Positions 1 through 13,474 of a DNA stretch of 64,000 nucleotides are shown piece by piece; position 1 is the stretch's first letter; each line of letters begins with the position of its first letter. Below the pieces are notes generated by a model. That model was not told the origin of the DNA, did no database searches, and saw only the letters and a program-made list of their open reading frames with translations. A program made the translations under genes and the position numbers. The stretch is from Felis catus (Eukaryota). The DNA lies in assembly GCF_018350175.1 (NCBI RefSeq), contig NC_058368.1:83888001-83952000 (forward strand), written 5' to 3'.

Positions 1-3000
1 GACAGAGAATCAGTAAAGAAACAATGGCCCTGATTGATACATTGGGCCAGATGTACTTGACAGATATATTTAGAACTCTACATCCCAAAGCAGCAGAATA
101 TACTTTCTTCTCAAGTGCACATGGAACATTCTCCAAGATAGATCACATACTGGGTCACAAAACATCCCTCAAAAAAGACAAAAGTATTGAGACCATACCA
201 TGCACAATTTCAGACCACAATGCTATGAAACTTGAAATCAACCACAGGAAAAAGTCTGGAAAATATCCAAAAGCATGGAAGTTAAAGCATATCCTACTAA
301 AGAATGAGTGAGTCATCCAGGCAATCAGAGAAGAAATTAAAATATATGTGGAAACAAATGAAAATGAAAATACAACAGTACAAACCCTTTGGATGCAGCA
401 AAGGCAATCTTAAGAGGAAAACACATTGCAATCCAGGTGTATCCCAAGAAACAAGAAAAATCTCAGATACAAAATCTAACAGCACACCTAAAGGAAGCAA
501 AACAGCAAAGACATCCCAAACCCAGCAGAAGAAGAGAAATACTAAAGATCAGAGCAGAAATAAACTATATGGAATAAAAAAACCCAGCAGAATAGATCAA
601 TGAAACCAAGAGTTTTTGTGGGTTTTTTTTTAATAAACAAAATTGATAAACCTCTAGTCAGCCTTCTCAAAAAGAAACAAGAGAGGACCAAAATAGGAAA
701 ATCATGAATGAAAATCGATTTATTAAAACCAATCCCTCAGAAATACAAGCAAATATCAAGGAACACTATGAAAAAAAATATGTGCCAACAAACTGGACAA
801 CCTGGAGGAAATGGGCAAACTCCTAAATACCCACACAACTCCAAAACTCAAACGTAAAGAAATAGAAAATTTGAACAGACCCATAAGTAGTGAAGAAATT
901 GAATCATTCATCAAAAACCTCCCAATAAATAAGAGTCCTGGACCAGATGGCCTCTGTGGGGAATTCTACCAGACATTTAAAGCAGAGTTAATACCTATCT
1001 TTCTCAAGCTGTTCCAAAAAATAGAAAGGGAAGGAAAATTCCAGACTCATTCTAAGAAGACAGCATTACTTTGATTCCCAAACTGGACTGATACCCAGCA
1101 AAAAAGAAAGAGAACTACAAGCCAATATCCCTGATGAATATGATTGCAAAAATTCTCAACCAGATACTGGTAAATCTAATTCAATAGCATATATAAAGCA
1201 ATATTCACCATGATCAAGTGGGATTCATTCCTGGGCTTCATGGCTTGTTCAATATTTTCAAATCAATCAATGTGATAAATCACATTAATAAAATAAAATA
1301 TAAGAACCATATGATCCTGTCAATAGATGCAGAAAATGTATTTGACAAAATACAGCATCCTTTCTTCATGAAAACCCTCAATAAAGTCGGGGTAGAAAGA
1401 ACAAACTTGAACATCCTAGAAGCCATTTATGAAAAGCTCACAGCTAATATCATCCTCAATGCGGAAACATTGAGAGCTTTCCCCCTGAGATAAGGAACGT
1501 GACAAGGATGTCCACTCTCACCACTGTTGCTTAACATAGTATTGGAAGTCCTAGCATCAGCAATCAGACAACAAAATGAAATAGAAGGCATCAAAATCAT
1601 AAAGATAAAGTAAAACTTACACTTTTCACAGACTACATGATAATCTACATGGAAAACCTGCCAGACTCCACCAAAAATCTGCTAGAACTGATACATGAAT
1701 TCAGCAAAGTTGCAGGCTACAAAATTAGTGTACAGAAATCGGTTGCATTTATACACCAATAATGAAGCAACAGAAAGAGAAATAAAGAAACTGATTCCAT
1801 TCACAATTGCACCAACAAACATAAAATACCTGGGAATAAACCTAACCAAAGATATAAAATATCTGTATGCTGAAAAGTATAGAAAGCTTATGAAGGTAAT
1901 TGAAGAAGATACAAAGAAATGGAAAAATATTCCATGTCCATGGATTTGAAAAATAAATATTTTTAAAATATGAATACTACCCAAAGCAACCTACACATTC
2001 AAGCAATCCCAATCAAAATTGCACCAGCATTCTTCTCGAAGCTAGAATGAGCAATCCTAAAATTTGTATGTAACCACAAAAAACCAGGAATAGCCAAAAT
2101 AATATTGAAGAAGAAGACCAAAGCAGGAGGCATCACAATCCCAGACTTGAGCCTCTACTACAAAGCTGTAATCATCAAGACAATATGGTATTGGCACAAA
2201 GACAGACACATAGGCCAATGGAATAGAATAGAGACCCCAGAATTGAACCCACAAATGTATGCCCAACTAATCTTTGACAAGGCAGGAAAGAGTATCCAAG
2301 GGAAAAAAGGCAGTCTCTTTAACAAATGGAGCTGGGATAACTGGACAGCAACATGCAGAACAATGAAACTAGACCACTTTCTTACACCATTCACAAAAAT
2401 AAACTCAAAATGGATGACGGACCTGAATGTGAGACAGGAAAATGTCAAAACTGCAGAGGAAAAAGCATAAAAAACCCTCTCTGACCTCAGCTGTAGCAAT
2501 TTCTTACCTGACACATCTCCAAAGGCAAGGGAATTAAAAGCAAAAATCAACTATTGGGGCCTCATCAAGATAAAAAGCTTCTCCGCTGCAAAGGAGACAA
2601 TCAACAAAACTAAAAAGCAACTGATGGAATGGGAAAAGATATTTGCAAATGACATATCGGATAAAGGGCTAGTATCCAAAATCTATAAAGGACTCACCAA
2701 ACTCCACACCCAAAAAACAAAGAATCCAGTGAAGAAATGGGCAGAAGACATGAATAGACACTTTTCCAAAGAAGATATCCTGATGGCCAACAGTCACATG
2801 AGAAGATGCTCAACGTCACTCCTCATCAGGGAAATACAAACCAAAACTACAATGAGATATCACCTCACGCTGGTCAGAGTGGCTAAAATGAACAAATCAG
2901 GAGACTATAGATGCTGGCGAGGTTATGGAGAAATGGGAATCCTCTTGCATTGTTGATGGAAATGCAAACTGGTGCAGCTGCTCTGGAAAACAGTGTGGAA

Positions 3001-3585
3001 ATTCCTCAAAAAGTTAAAAATAAATCTACCCTATGACCCATCAATAACACTGCTAGGAATCTACCCAAGGGATACAGGAGTGCTGATTCATAAGGGCACT
3101 TGTACCCCAATGTTTATAGCAGCAATCTCAACAATAGCCAAATTATGGAAAGAGCCTAAATGTCCATCAACTGACAAATGGTAAAGAAGATTTGGTTTAT
3201 ATATAATGGAATACTACTTGGCAATGAGAAAGAATGAAATCTGGCCATTTGCAGCAATGTGAATGGAACTGGAGGGTATTATGCTAAGTGAAATAAGCCA
3301 GGCAGAGAAAGACAGATACCATAGGTTTTCACTCATATGTGGATCTTGAGAAACTTGACAGAGGACCATGAGGGAGGGGGAGGGAGAAAATAAAAGTTAC
3401 AAAGAGGGAGGGAGGCAAACCATAAGAGACTCTTAAGGACTGAGAACAAACTACGGGTAGATGGGAGGTGGTGGAGAGGGGAAAGTGGGTGATTGGCAGG
3501 GAGGAGGGCAGTTGTTGAGATGAGCATTGTGTGTTTTATGGAAACCAATTTGACAATAAATTATATTAAAATTAAAGAAAGAAAG
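1..3585 (+). mobile_element. Felid LINE-1, ORF2 (endonuclease C-terminal part, RT, Cys-rich domain) plus 3'UTR and A-rich tail; degraded; 5' part lies outside the window
   Basis: ORF fragments translate to L1 ORF2p motifs ([44 protein letters not shown]) with many stops and frameshifts; G-rich 3'UTR, aataaa at ~3555, A-rich end. Confidence 0.97.
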
Positions 3586-3934
3586 TAAGCTCCTCTGGTT
3601 TTCAAAGCGAATGTTAGGGGGATTCATCTTCAAAGTGTGGATCCCCCATGCCTTTTTTGCCTGATGTGGGGTATGCTTCTGTTCCTTCTCTGTGCCTGCA
3701 GTGTCCCTTCCTCCCATGTAGGTCCTATGGATCAACTTGGTTCCCAACCTCATATTTAACCTTTCTATACTTTTTTAGGTGTCCTCTTCTTCACACTTAA
3801 TAGTAGAGAGTCTGTCATGCCAAACTTTGTGTCATTTATGGGGTTATTTATACTAAAACCTGTGATATTTATGTGTATTCTTGGGACTAGGTGAATTTAC
3901 GGTCTTCCTACTCTAGTATCTTCCCTGGAAGTCT
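3586..3934 (-). mobile_element. 5' end (5'UTR fragment) of an older carnivore L1
   Basis: Reverse complement starts agacttccagggaagatactagagtaggaagaccgtaaattcacctagtccc, resembling the carnivore L1 5' terminus (gacttcc...aagatggcggagtaggag). Confidence 0.7.
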
Positions 3935-4559
3935 AAACTTCACTTCTTTTATAATGATCTATCACTAAATTGGTTTAAAGTGTCTTGTTTTATTGACGGA
4001 GTCCATAATAATTTTTCAACACCTAGTAGTACAATTCTCATTTGTTTCACATTAAAAATGGTCAAAATCTTACCTGCCTTTTTTCTCTAATTTGGTCTAA
4101 ATCATTTGATCAGATTCAGGTGTAATTAGTATTTAACTTAATTATACCTGGTGAGAGTTTATATTGTTAAAATGTTGAGGATTTTCATCCAGAAATATGA
4201 TATGCATTACAGGTAATTCAAATGGTTAGAAGCCAGGACTGACACTTTATTTTTGGTAAATTCTACCATATTAATTTGTTGGGATTTTCCATTTATTTAG
4301 CTTTTAGCATTTTGAAAGGAATAGTTTGCCATCTGAAATTCTTTATACATGTTAGTATTAATGAGACACTAGATCTTATGGTTTATGTACTGCCTTATTT
4401 CACCTTTATAAAATCTGCTACTAATTATATTATTGCACAGGAATATTTTCATTACATATTTAGTTCGGTCTCATGCATTAATGAACACAGTACTGTAAAA
4501 CCTATATAATTCAACTTTTATAGTAAGTTTTACTTTCTAAAAAGATGCTTGGCATTGAT

Positions 4560-4826
4560 TTCACATGTGTTGTCCTCAAAATAAAAAGCAACTAAAAATT
4601 TAATAAAGTAGCAGGATATAAAATGAATATACTAAAATCAATATATTCACATACACAAGCAATAACCAGCTGGAATATATAATGAAAGAAAACCCCATTT
4701 ATGAAAGCAACACAAATAATTAAAATGTTTAGTAATTAAACTTAATCAGAAATGTACAAAACTCATATGAAGAAAAGTTTGAAAATAATCACAAAGATAC
4801 AAGCATACATATGAAGAAATGGAAAG
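4560..4826 (+). mobile_element. Ancient L1 (L1M-type) ORF2 fragment, interrupted by MaLR elements
   Basis: Degenerate match to ORF2 region aaagtagcaggatataaaat...ccccattta...aaacttaa...aagaaatggaaag. Confidence 0.6.
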
Positions 4827-4829
4827 TTT

Positions 4830-5236
4830 CTTGTCTAGAACTCAGAGGGCCCACAGTTCCTATAGATACAGAAGACAGAGCATTGATCCAAAGATTATTC
4901 TTAAGTCTCAAACTGTAATATAATTTGCCTGGCTGCATTCCAGACTTGCTTGGGTCTCATGACTTCTGTTTTATTTTTATTTCTCCCCTTAGGGATAGGA
5001 ACATCCATCCTATGCTTGACCCATCATTGTGTTTGGAAGCAAGTACATGTCCTCTGGTTTTACAGGTTCACAGAGATAAATTTTTTATTTATCCTACATG
5101 GAGACTGAGTCATACTTGATTTAGATGATATTTATATATTTTTTTAAATTTAGAGTTTAGTATGAAGTATGCTGAGGTGAGGTAAGTGTATTTTGCATGC
5201 TAGAAGGACATGAATTGTAGAGGACCAGAGGGCAGA
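4830..5236 (+). mobile_element. ERVL-MaLR internal (MLT1-int) 3' fragment
   Basis: Resembles MLT1-int 3' end (ccatcattgtgtttggaag...ttttgcatg...gaaggacatgaatt...ccagagggcaga) directly before an MLT1 LTR. Confidence 0.65.
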
Positions 5237-5667
5237 GTGTTTAGAACAAGACTGCAACTTCCAAATTTATACAGTAAAATCCTAACCCTCATACCTGATC
5301 ATGTGATCTTACTTGGAAATAAGTGTGTTGCAGATGTAGTTAGTTAAGATGAGGCCACATTGAAGTAGTCTGAAACCCAATCCAATAAAGATGATGGACC
5401 TATAAAAGTAGAAATTTGCACACAGACACACACAAAGGGAAAATATCATGTGAAGTTTGGAGCTTTCCTTGCATAATCCAAGGAACTACCAAAAACTAAG
5501 AGAGAGGCTTTGAATGGATCTATCACTAACACCCTCACAGGCAGCATAGTGCTACTGAAAACTGGACTTTAAATTTGTAGCTTCCAGAATTATAAGACAA
5601 TTAATTTCTGTTGTTCTAAGCCACTTAGTCTGTAGTATTTAATTTCAAATCTCAAGAAGCTAATATA
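5237..5667 (+). mobile_element. MaLR LTR (MLT1B-like)
   Basis: Diagnostic MLT1 blocks: tgtgatcttacttggaaataag...ttgcagatgtagttagttaagatgagg; cttccagaattataagacaattaatttctgttgttctaagccac. Confidence 0.8.
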
Positions 5668-5756
5668 ATATATTTCATCTTAGAAAGTGCAATTCATGTC
5701 AAGATGATGTCAATTCTTCATGAGTTAATATAAACTTCATGTTATTAAATGTAATG

Positions 5757-6128
5757 AAATCTTAGCTTGGGCTAATAACAAAATGCCATAGACTGAATGA
5801 CCTATACAATATACATATATTTTTTCATAGTTCTGCAGGCTAGAAGTCTAAGATTAAGATTCTGGACAATTTGGTTGTGATGAAGGCTTTCTTCGTGACT
5901 TGCAGAGAGCCTCTTGTGCACAACTTCACCACATGAAGAAACACTGTGGTGTTTTCTTGTGAAAATGTTAATCTTACTGATTCAGGGCCTTCCACTTATG
6001 ACCACATTTAACCTTGATTATATCCTTAGAAAAAACCATCTTCCATCTCCAAATATACCACACTGGAGGTTAGGGCTACAACATGTGTATTTGGAGAGGT
6101 AGGGAGCCTAAACATTCAGCTTATAACA
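5757..6128 (-). mobile_element. MaLR solo LTR (MLT1A-like)
   Basis: Minus-strand MLT1A-like: ataacaaaatgccatagactg...catagttctgcaggctagaagtctaagattaag...ccatctccaaata...ggttagggctacaacat...aacattcagcttataaca. Confidence 0.8.
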
Positions 6129-7561
6129 AAAAACCAAAGGGAATACAAAATATATTTTTCTTCAAGAAATGCATGGTAATTCTGAAGTTGGTATGGGAGA
6201 TAGACATGTACCCCATGCAAAGATTATGAAATAAGGTGAATATTGAAGACTAAACATATTTTAACATCAGTGAGACCCATAACAAAGAGATAAAAAACAA
6301 CCAATCAGGGATGAAACATAAAATGAATGAAATTAAATATACACTAGATGGAATAAACAGTAGACTAGAGAAAGCAGAAGAATCAGCAGCCTGGAATACA
6401 GATGAATGGAAAGTAATCAAATTTACCAGGTGGGGAAAAAAATATGCAAAATGAGAATAACCTTAGACAACTCAGCAACACCATCAAGCATAACAACACT
6501 TGCATTATATGGTCTTAAAAGGAGAAGTGAGAGGAAAGGGGCAGAAAATTTATTTCAATTAATACTAGCTGAAGATTTCCATAATCTGGAGAAGGAAACA
6601 AATATTCAGATCCAGGAGGCACAGAGATTCCCCCGAAAACTCAACACAAAAATGTCCACTCTGAGGCACATAGTAATAAAATGGCAAAGTAGTGAGTGAT
6701 AGAGAATTGTTAAAGGTGAAAGAGAAAAGACAATTACATACAAAAGAAACCCATAAGACTATCATCATATTTTTCGGCAGAAACATTGCAGTCACACGAG
6801 AGTGGCATGACTTAGTCAAAATTCTGAAAAGAAAAAAAAAATTGAGGTAAGAATACTGTATCAGCAAGGCTATCATTCAGAGTAGAAGGAGAGATAAAGA
6901 GTTTCCCAGACAAACAAAAGCTAAAGGAGTTGATAACCATTAAACCAGCCCTAAAAGAAATGTTATAGGGCATGCTTTCCGTGGAAAGGCAAGGTCATAA
7001 GTAAGAGAAGAAAAGTAGGAAGCCCAAAAACAGTAAAAATAAGTATATCTGTAAAAATCAGTCGAATGACACAAAATAACTGGATAGAGAGTATTACACA
7101 ATTTACCTAAAACATGTGGTAGGGGAGTGGAGTAAAGAACGGGTACAAACTTAAGTGACTTTTATCTTAATAGAGAGTAATATATGCAGGAAAAGTTCTA
7201 TACACAACTAATTATAAATACAAATCAAAACCCAGTAATGGATATGCAAAGAATAATGAGAAAGGAATCCAAATATGTCATTGAATAAAGCTGGCCAAAC
7301 ATAAAAGTAGATTAAGAGAAGAAAAAAATCAGAAAACTATAAAACAGCCACAAAACAAGCAACAAAATGGCAACACATACATACCTATAAATAATTGAAT
7401 TGAATGTAAATTGACTAAATGATCCAGTAAAAAGACATAAAGTAACAGAGTTGGGGAAAAACAAACAAACAACAACAACAAAACAAGACACATCTATAAG
7501 CTGTCTAAAAGAGACTCATTTCAGGCCTAAAGACGTATGCACATTGCATCGAAAGGTAGAT

Positions 7562-7756
7562 GGTGCACCTGGATGACTCAGTCTCTTAAGCAATCAACTT
7601 CATTTTGGCTCAGGTCATGATCCCACCATTCATGAGATTGAGCCACATGTTGGGATTCTTGTGGTTCTCTCTCTCCCTATCTCTCTACCCATCCCTTGCT
7701 CACATGCTTTCTCTCTCTGTTTCAAAATGAATAAATAAACATTTTTAAAAAGAAAT
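7562..7756 (+). mobile_element. Can-SINE (tRNA-derived), diverged
   Basis: ggtgcacctggatgactcag...ggctcaggtcatgatc, CT-rich tract, aataaa and A tail; sits inside L1 ORF2. Confidence 0.85.
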
Positions 7757-10434
7757 AGGAAGTGAAAAAATGGAGAAATATTTATTATGAAAATTGATAT
7801 GAAAAGAGAACTGGGGTAGTAATACTTATATTAGACAAATGAGACTTTTAAAAAGACAATAAAAAGAGACATAGAAGGGCATTATAATAACAAAAGTTCA
7901 ATTCAACAAAAGAGATGACAATAGTAAATATTTATGCCTCCAAAATAGAAACACCCAAACATATAAAATAATTAATAACAAACATAAAAGGAATAACTAA
8001 TAACAATACAAGCATACTAGAGGACTTTAATACATCAATGGACAGATAATATAATCAGAAAGTCAATAAGGAACCAATGACTTTGAATGACACACTAGTA
8101 CAGATACATTTAACAGATCCATTCAGAACATTCCGTGATAAAACAGCAGAGTGTATATATTTTTTACAGGTACAAATGGAACATTCTCCAGAATAGTTCA
8201 GATATAAGGACACAAAACAATTCTAATCAGGTTCAAAAAGATCAAAGTCATACTATACATCTTATTTGACCACAATTCTATGAAAGTAATCACAAGACAT
8301 AGTAGGAAAAAACACAAATATGCAGAGCTTAAACAATAAGCTACTAAATAATGAATGGATCAACCAAGAAATCAAAGAAATTAAAAAATATATATATATA
8401 TATATGGGAAACAGGAAAATAAAAACATAATGTTTCAAAACTTGGGGGATGCAGCAAAAGAAGTTCTAAAAGGGAAGTTTATACCAACACAGGGCTGTCT
8501 CAAGAAGCACAAAAAAATCTCTAATAACCTAACTTTACACCTAATGGAGCTAGAAAAAGAGCAACAAAGGAAGCCTAAAGCCAGGAAAAGGAAGGGAATA
8601 ACAAAGAGTATAGCAGAAAAAAAAAAGATTAGAGAAGAAATAAATGGTATAGAACTTAAACGCACATACAGACATATACACACACTAGAACAGATCAATG
8701 AAGATAGGACTTATTCTTTTCAAAAATCAACAAAATTTATAAAACTTGAGCCAGACTCATTAGAAAGGAGAGATAGAAAGAGTGAGAGAGAGAACAAGAG
8801 AAACACAGAGAGAGGAAGTAAATAAACAAACTCACAAATGAAAAAGAATAAATAACAACAGACAACACATAAATACTTACAAGTAAGAAAATATAAAAAT
8901 TATATGCAAACAAATTGGACAACCTAGAAAAACATGGATAAATTCCTAGAATTATAACCTACAAAAACCGCAGTAGAAAGAAATAGAAAATTTGGACAGA
9001 CAGATTATCAGGAATAAAATTGTATAAGTAACCCCAAAAAACTCCTGATACAAAAAAGTCCAGTATCAGATAACTTCACGAGTGAATTCTAACAAATGTT
9101 TCAAGAAGAGTTAATACTTATTCTTCTAAAACTTTCCATAACTGGAAAAAGAAGGAAAACTTCCAATCTCATTAGATAAAGCCAGAATTACCCTAATAAA
9201 TGAGAGAGAGAGAGAGAGGGAGGCCACAAAGCCAGAGAACCACAGTTCAAATCCTCAACAAAACACTAACAAAAATGAATGCAAGAAAACATTAATATTA
9301 TCATTCAACACAAATGGAATTTATTCCTGTGAAGCAAGGGTGGTACAATATTCTCAAATCAATCATCATGATATATCACATCAATACAAGAAAAAAGAAA
9401 AAAAAACACGATTATTTCAAAATGCAATAAAAGCATTTGACAAGCTACAATCATTCATGTTTAAAAAAACGTCAAAACATAGGTTTAGAGGGAAAATACC
9501 TCAATATAATAAAGGCCTTATATGATAACCTACATCATACTCAATGAGGAAAAACTGAGATTATTTAGCTAGGGACAGGAACAAGACAAAGATCATTCCT
9601 CTCATTACTTTTATTCAGCATAGTACTGGAATTCATAGCAACAATCAGACAATAAGAAGAAATAAAAGACAATCAAATTGGTAAGAAAGAAGCAAATCTT
9701 CCAGTATTTGCAGATGAGATGATCCTATATGTAGAAAACCCTGATGACTCTACCCAAAAAACCTACTAGAATTTGAGTAAACAATCTCATTTACAAAATA
9801 TAATTTGCGAAAGAAATAATAAAATACCTAAGAATAATCTTAGGAGGTGAAATAAGAGATAAAAGACTTATACTCTGAAAAGTGTAAAACATTGATGAAA
9901 CAAATTGAAAAGGACAGAGAAAAATGGAAAGGCATTCCCTGCTTATGGGTTAAAAGAATGATTATTGTTAAATTGTCTTTACTACCCAAAGCAGTTTACA
10001 GATTTAAGGCAATCTCTGTCAATATACCAACATCATTTTTCACAAAACTAGAACAAAACAGTCTTTTATGTTGTATTGAAACATAAAAGAACCTGATTAG
10101 CCAAACCAATCTTAGAAAAGAAAAAAATAAAACTGGAGGTATCATAATTCTAGATTCAAGATATCCTACTCAGCTGCAGTAATAAAAATAGTACAGTACT
10201 AACACAAATATAGATACATAGATCAATAGACACAACAGAAAACCTAACAATATACCCATAGGTGTATGGTCAATTAATCTTTGACATAGCAGGACAAAAT
10301 ATCGAATGAGAAAAGGACAGTCTTTTCAAATTGTGTTGGGAAAACAGGCCAGCTACAAGCAAAAGAATGAAACCAGGTCATTGGATTATCATACACAAAA
10401 ATAAACTCAAAATACATTAAATACCTAAATATGA

Positions 10435-10626
10435 GGCATGATTGGGTGGTTCAGTTGGTTAAACATCCAACTCTTGGTTTAGGCCTGGGTCATGATTTCA
10501 CAGTTCATGGGTTTGAGCCCTGCATTTAGATTTGTGCTGACAGTATGGAACCTGCTTGGGATTCTCTCTCCTCTCTCTGCCCCTCCCCCAACTCTAAATA
10601 AATATATAAAACTTAAAAAAAAAGAG
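10435..10626 (+). mobile_element. Can-SINE with 13-bp TSD
   Basis: TSD acctaaatatgag at 10423-10435 and 10627-10639; SINE head gggtggttcagttggttaa and A tail. Confidence 0.9.
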
Positions 10627-11369
10627 ACCTAAATATGAGATCTGAAAACCATAAAAATCTTAGAAAAGAACAAAAGCAGTAATTTCTCTGACATCAACTG
10701 TAGCAATATTTTTATCAATATATGCCCTGAGGCAAGGGAAACAAAATAAAATATATACATATTTGGACTACATTAAAATAAAAAGCTTCTGTACATCCAA
10801 AGAAATAATTAAAGCCAAAATGCAACTGAATGAATGAGAGAAGATATTTTCAGATGACATATCTGTTAATAGCTAGTAACCAATATATAAAGAACTTATA
10901 AAACTCAATGCTCAAGAATCAAATAATCAAGTTAAAATGGGCAAAATACATGAACACATATTTCTCCAAAGAAGACATATAGATGGCTAACAGACACATG
11001 AGAAGATGTTTAACATCATGCATCGTCAGGGAAATACAAATCACAACTGCAATGAGTTATCACTTCACACCTATCAGAATGGCTAAAATTAACAACACAA
11101 GAAACAATAGGTGTTGGTGAGGATGTGGGGAAAAAGGAGCATACTTGCATCCTTTGAAAATAAGACCTGGTGCTGTCACTGCAGAAAACAGAAAGGGAGT
11201 TTCTGAAAAAAATAAAATTAAAATGACCATATGATCCAGTAATCACACACTACATGGAATTTATCCCAAAAATACAAAAACACTAATTCAAAGGGATACA
11301 TGCACCCCTCTGTTTATTTCAGCATTATCTACAATAGCCAAACTATGGAAACAACTTAAATGTCCATTG

Positions 11370-11391
11370 ACTGAAAAATGAAGAAAGATTT

Positions 11392-11437
<46 letters not shown>

Positions 11438-11475
11438 TATATATTAATACACCAAATCTTTCTTCATTTTTCAGT
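11370..11475. repeat. Perfect 25-bp inverted repeat flanking a (TA)n microsatellite
   Basis: actgaaaaatgaagaaagatttggt (11370-11394) and its exact reverse complement accaaatctttcttcatttttcagt (11451-11475). Confidence 0.95.
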
Positions 11476-12014
11476 GAAAAAATATATATATATAACTCAA
11501 TCATAAATAAGAATGAAATCTGGCCACTTACAACGATGTGGATGGAAGTAGAGAGCATTATACTACGTGAAATAAGTCAGCCAGAGAAAAACAAATACCA
11601 AATGATATCACTCATATGTGGAATTTAAGAAACAAAACAAATGAATAAAGGGGAATTAAGAAAGAGAGGGCATTCCAAGAAACAGACACATAATTATAGA
11701 GAATAAACTGCTAGTTATCAGAAGGAAGGTGATAGGAGAATGAGTTAAATAGGTGATGAGGATTAAGGAGTACACTTGTGATGAGCACCGGATATTATAC
11801 GTAAGCATTGAATCACTAAATCGTACACCCGAAACTAACCTTGCACTGTATATTAACTAACTGGAATTTAAATAAAAACTTACAAACTAAAACAAAATAA
11901 AACAAAACAAAATAAGAAAATACAAAATAAAATAATAAAATAAAATAAAATAAAATAAAATAAAATAAAATAAAATATTGGGATAAAAAAAGAAAAAATA
12001 TAAATACATACAAA

Positions 12015-13470
12015 ACAAATTGTAACATGGCAAAATTATGTCTTTTCTTACTCGAAATTACCTAAAATTCTAACGGATTAAATTATCAAATTACAAATTA
12101 GAGATGGCAGAATGGATTAAAAAGGTCCAAATATATACTATCAATAACATGGATCATTTTGGATTGAAAGACACAAAGAGATTGAAAGTAAAAGATGGAA
12201 GAAATATTTCATGCAAGTAGTAACTAATGTTACAGGATAGCAAAAATAATATCAGAAAAAATATATAATTTAAGCCAAGCATTGTTACAAGAAACAAATA
12301 ATAGTATGTGCGGATAAAATTATCAATGATGAAGAAAATATAATTACTTGCACATGCATATCTACTAAGAGATACATAAAATGTGTTGAGAAAAATGTAC
12401 AGATGAAAAGGGAGAAGGGAAAAATACACAGTTCTACAATAAGAGATGGAGACTTTAATAACATGACTTTCAAAAAGATAGATAACAACTATGAAAAAAT
12501 CAATAAACAAAAGAGAATCTCAACATTATTGATTTATGGCAACTAACATACATATATACCACCTTCAGCCTCAAAACAGCACAAACTTCTCCAGTTCAAT
12601 TAGAATAACATTCTCCAGGATAAGTCATATAATAGACCACAAGCTAGACTACAATTTTTTTGAAGGACTGGAGTTATATGCAGTTTTTTACAATGATGAA
12701 ATTAAATAGCAGGGAAAAAAATTACAAATATATGGAAATTAAACAATGCATTTTTAAAAGCACTGTGTCAAATGAAAATTAGGAGGTAAAATGGAAAGTA
12801 ACTTTAGATAAATGATGGTGAAACATAAATATCAGTACTTATCAGTTGCAATGACTGCAGTGTTCAGAGGAAAATTTAAAACTCTAAATATTTATGTTAA
12901 AAACAAAGATGGCAAGTTAATCATTTAACATGTCACTTTACAGAACTTGAAAAATAACAAACTAAATGAAAAGCTATTGAAGGAATAAAACAATAAAAGC
13001 TAGTGTGGAGAAAAAAAGAGAGAATAGAGAAAAATGATAGAATCATCAAAACCAAATTCTGGTATCTTGAGATCACAAAATTGACAAATCGTTATGGAAA
13101 TTGACTTTTAAAAAGTTAAACAAAAGAAATTATTGAAATCATAAATTAAAATGGAGACATACTACTGAAATGAATTTTTTAATATTTATTTTTGAGAGAC
13201 AGAGAGAGAGAGAGAGACAAAGAGATAGAGTGCAGGGGAGGGGCAGAAACAGGACGGGGGGAGAGGGACAGAGGACAAGAAGCAGGCTCGCACTGATGGC
13301 AGGGAACCCAACGCAGGGCTTGAACTGTGAGATCATGACCTGAGCAAAGTCAGATGCCTGACTGACTGCGCCACCCAGGAGCCCTGAAATGAATTTTTAA
13401 AAAAGATTATTACAGAGAACCATTAATTAAACAAGATTAAATGGGGAATTTCTTCTTACACATAATCTAT
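12015..13470 (+). mobile_element. Old L1 ORF2 endonuclease-region fragment
   Basis: Degenerate ORF2 N-terminal sequence (ggcagaatggattaaaaa; ggagactttaa; acattctccaggata). Confidence 0.75.
13180..13383 (-). mobile_element. Can-SINE with 15-bp TSD
   Basis: TSD ctgaaatgaattttt at 13165-13179 and 13384-13398; T-tail, GA tract, gactgcgccacccaggagccc. Confidence 0.92.
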
Positions 13471-13474
13471 CAAA

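Larger units (their letters stand above)
6272..12010 (+). mobile_element. Older carnivore L1, 5'-truncated in ORF1, running through ORF2 and 3'UTR to a (TAAAA)n tail
   Basis: ORF1 remnants (KETNIQIQEAQR), ORF2 remnants (DAAKEVLKGKFI, LPKAVYRFKAI), 3'UTR and (taaaa)n tail at ~11886-11974. Confidence 0.92.

Noticed and set aside
1682..2550. Hydrophobic minus-strand ORFs recurring in L1 copies
   Set aside because: Antisense shadows of A-rich ORF2; the recurrence just reflects copy homology.
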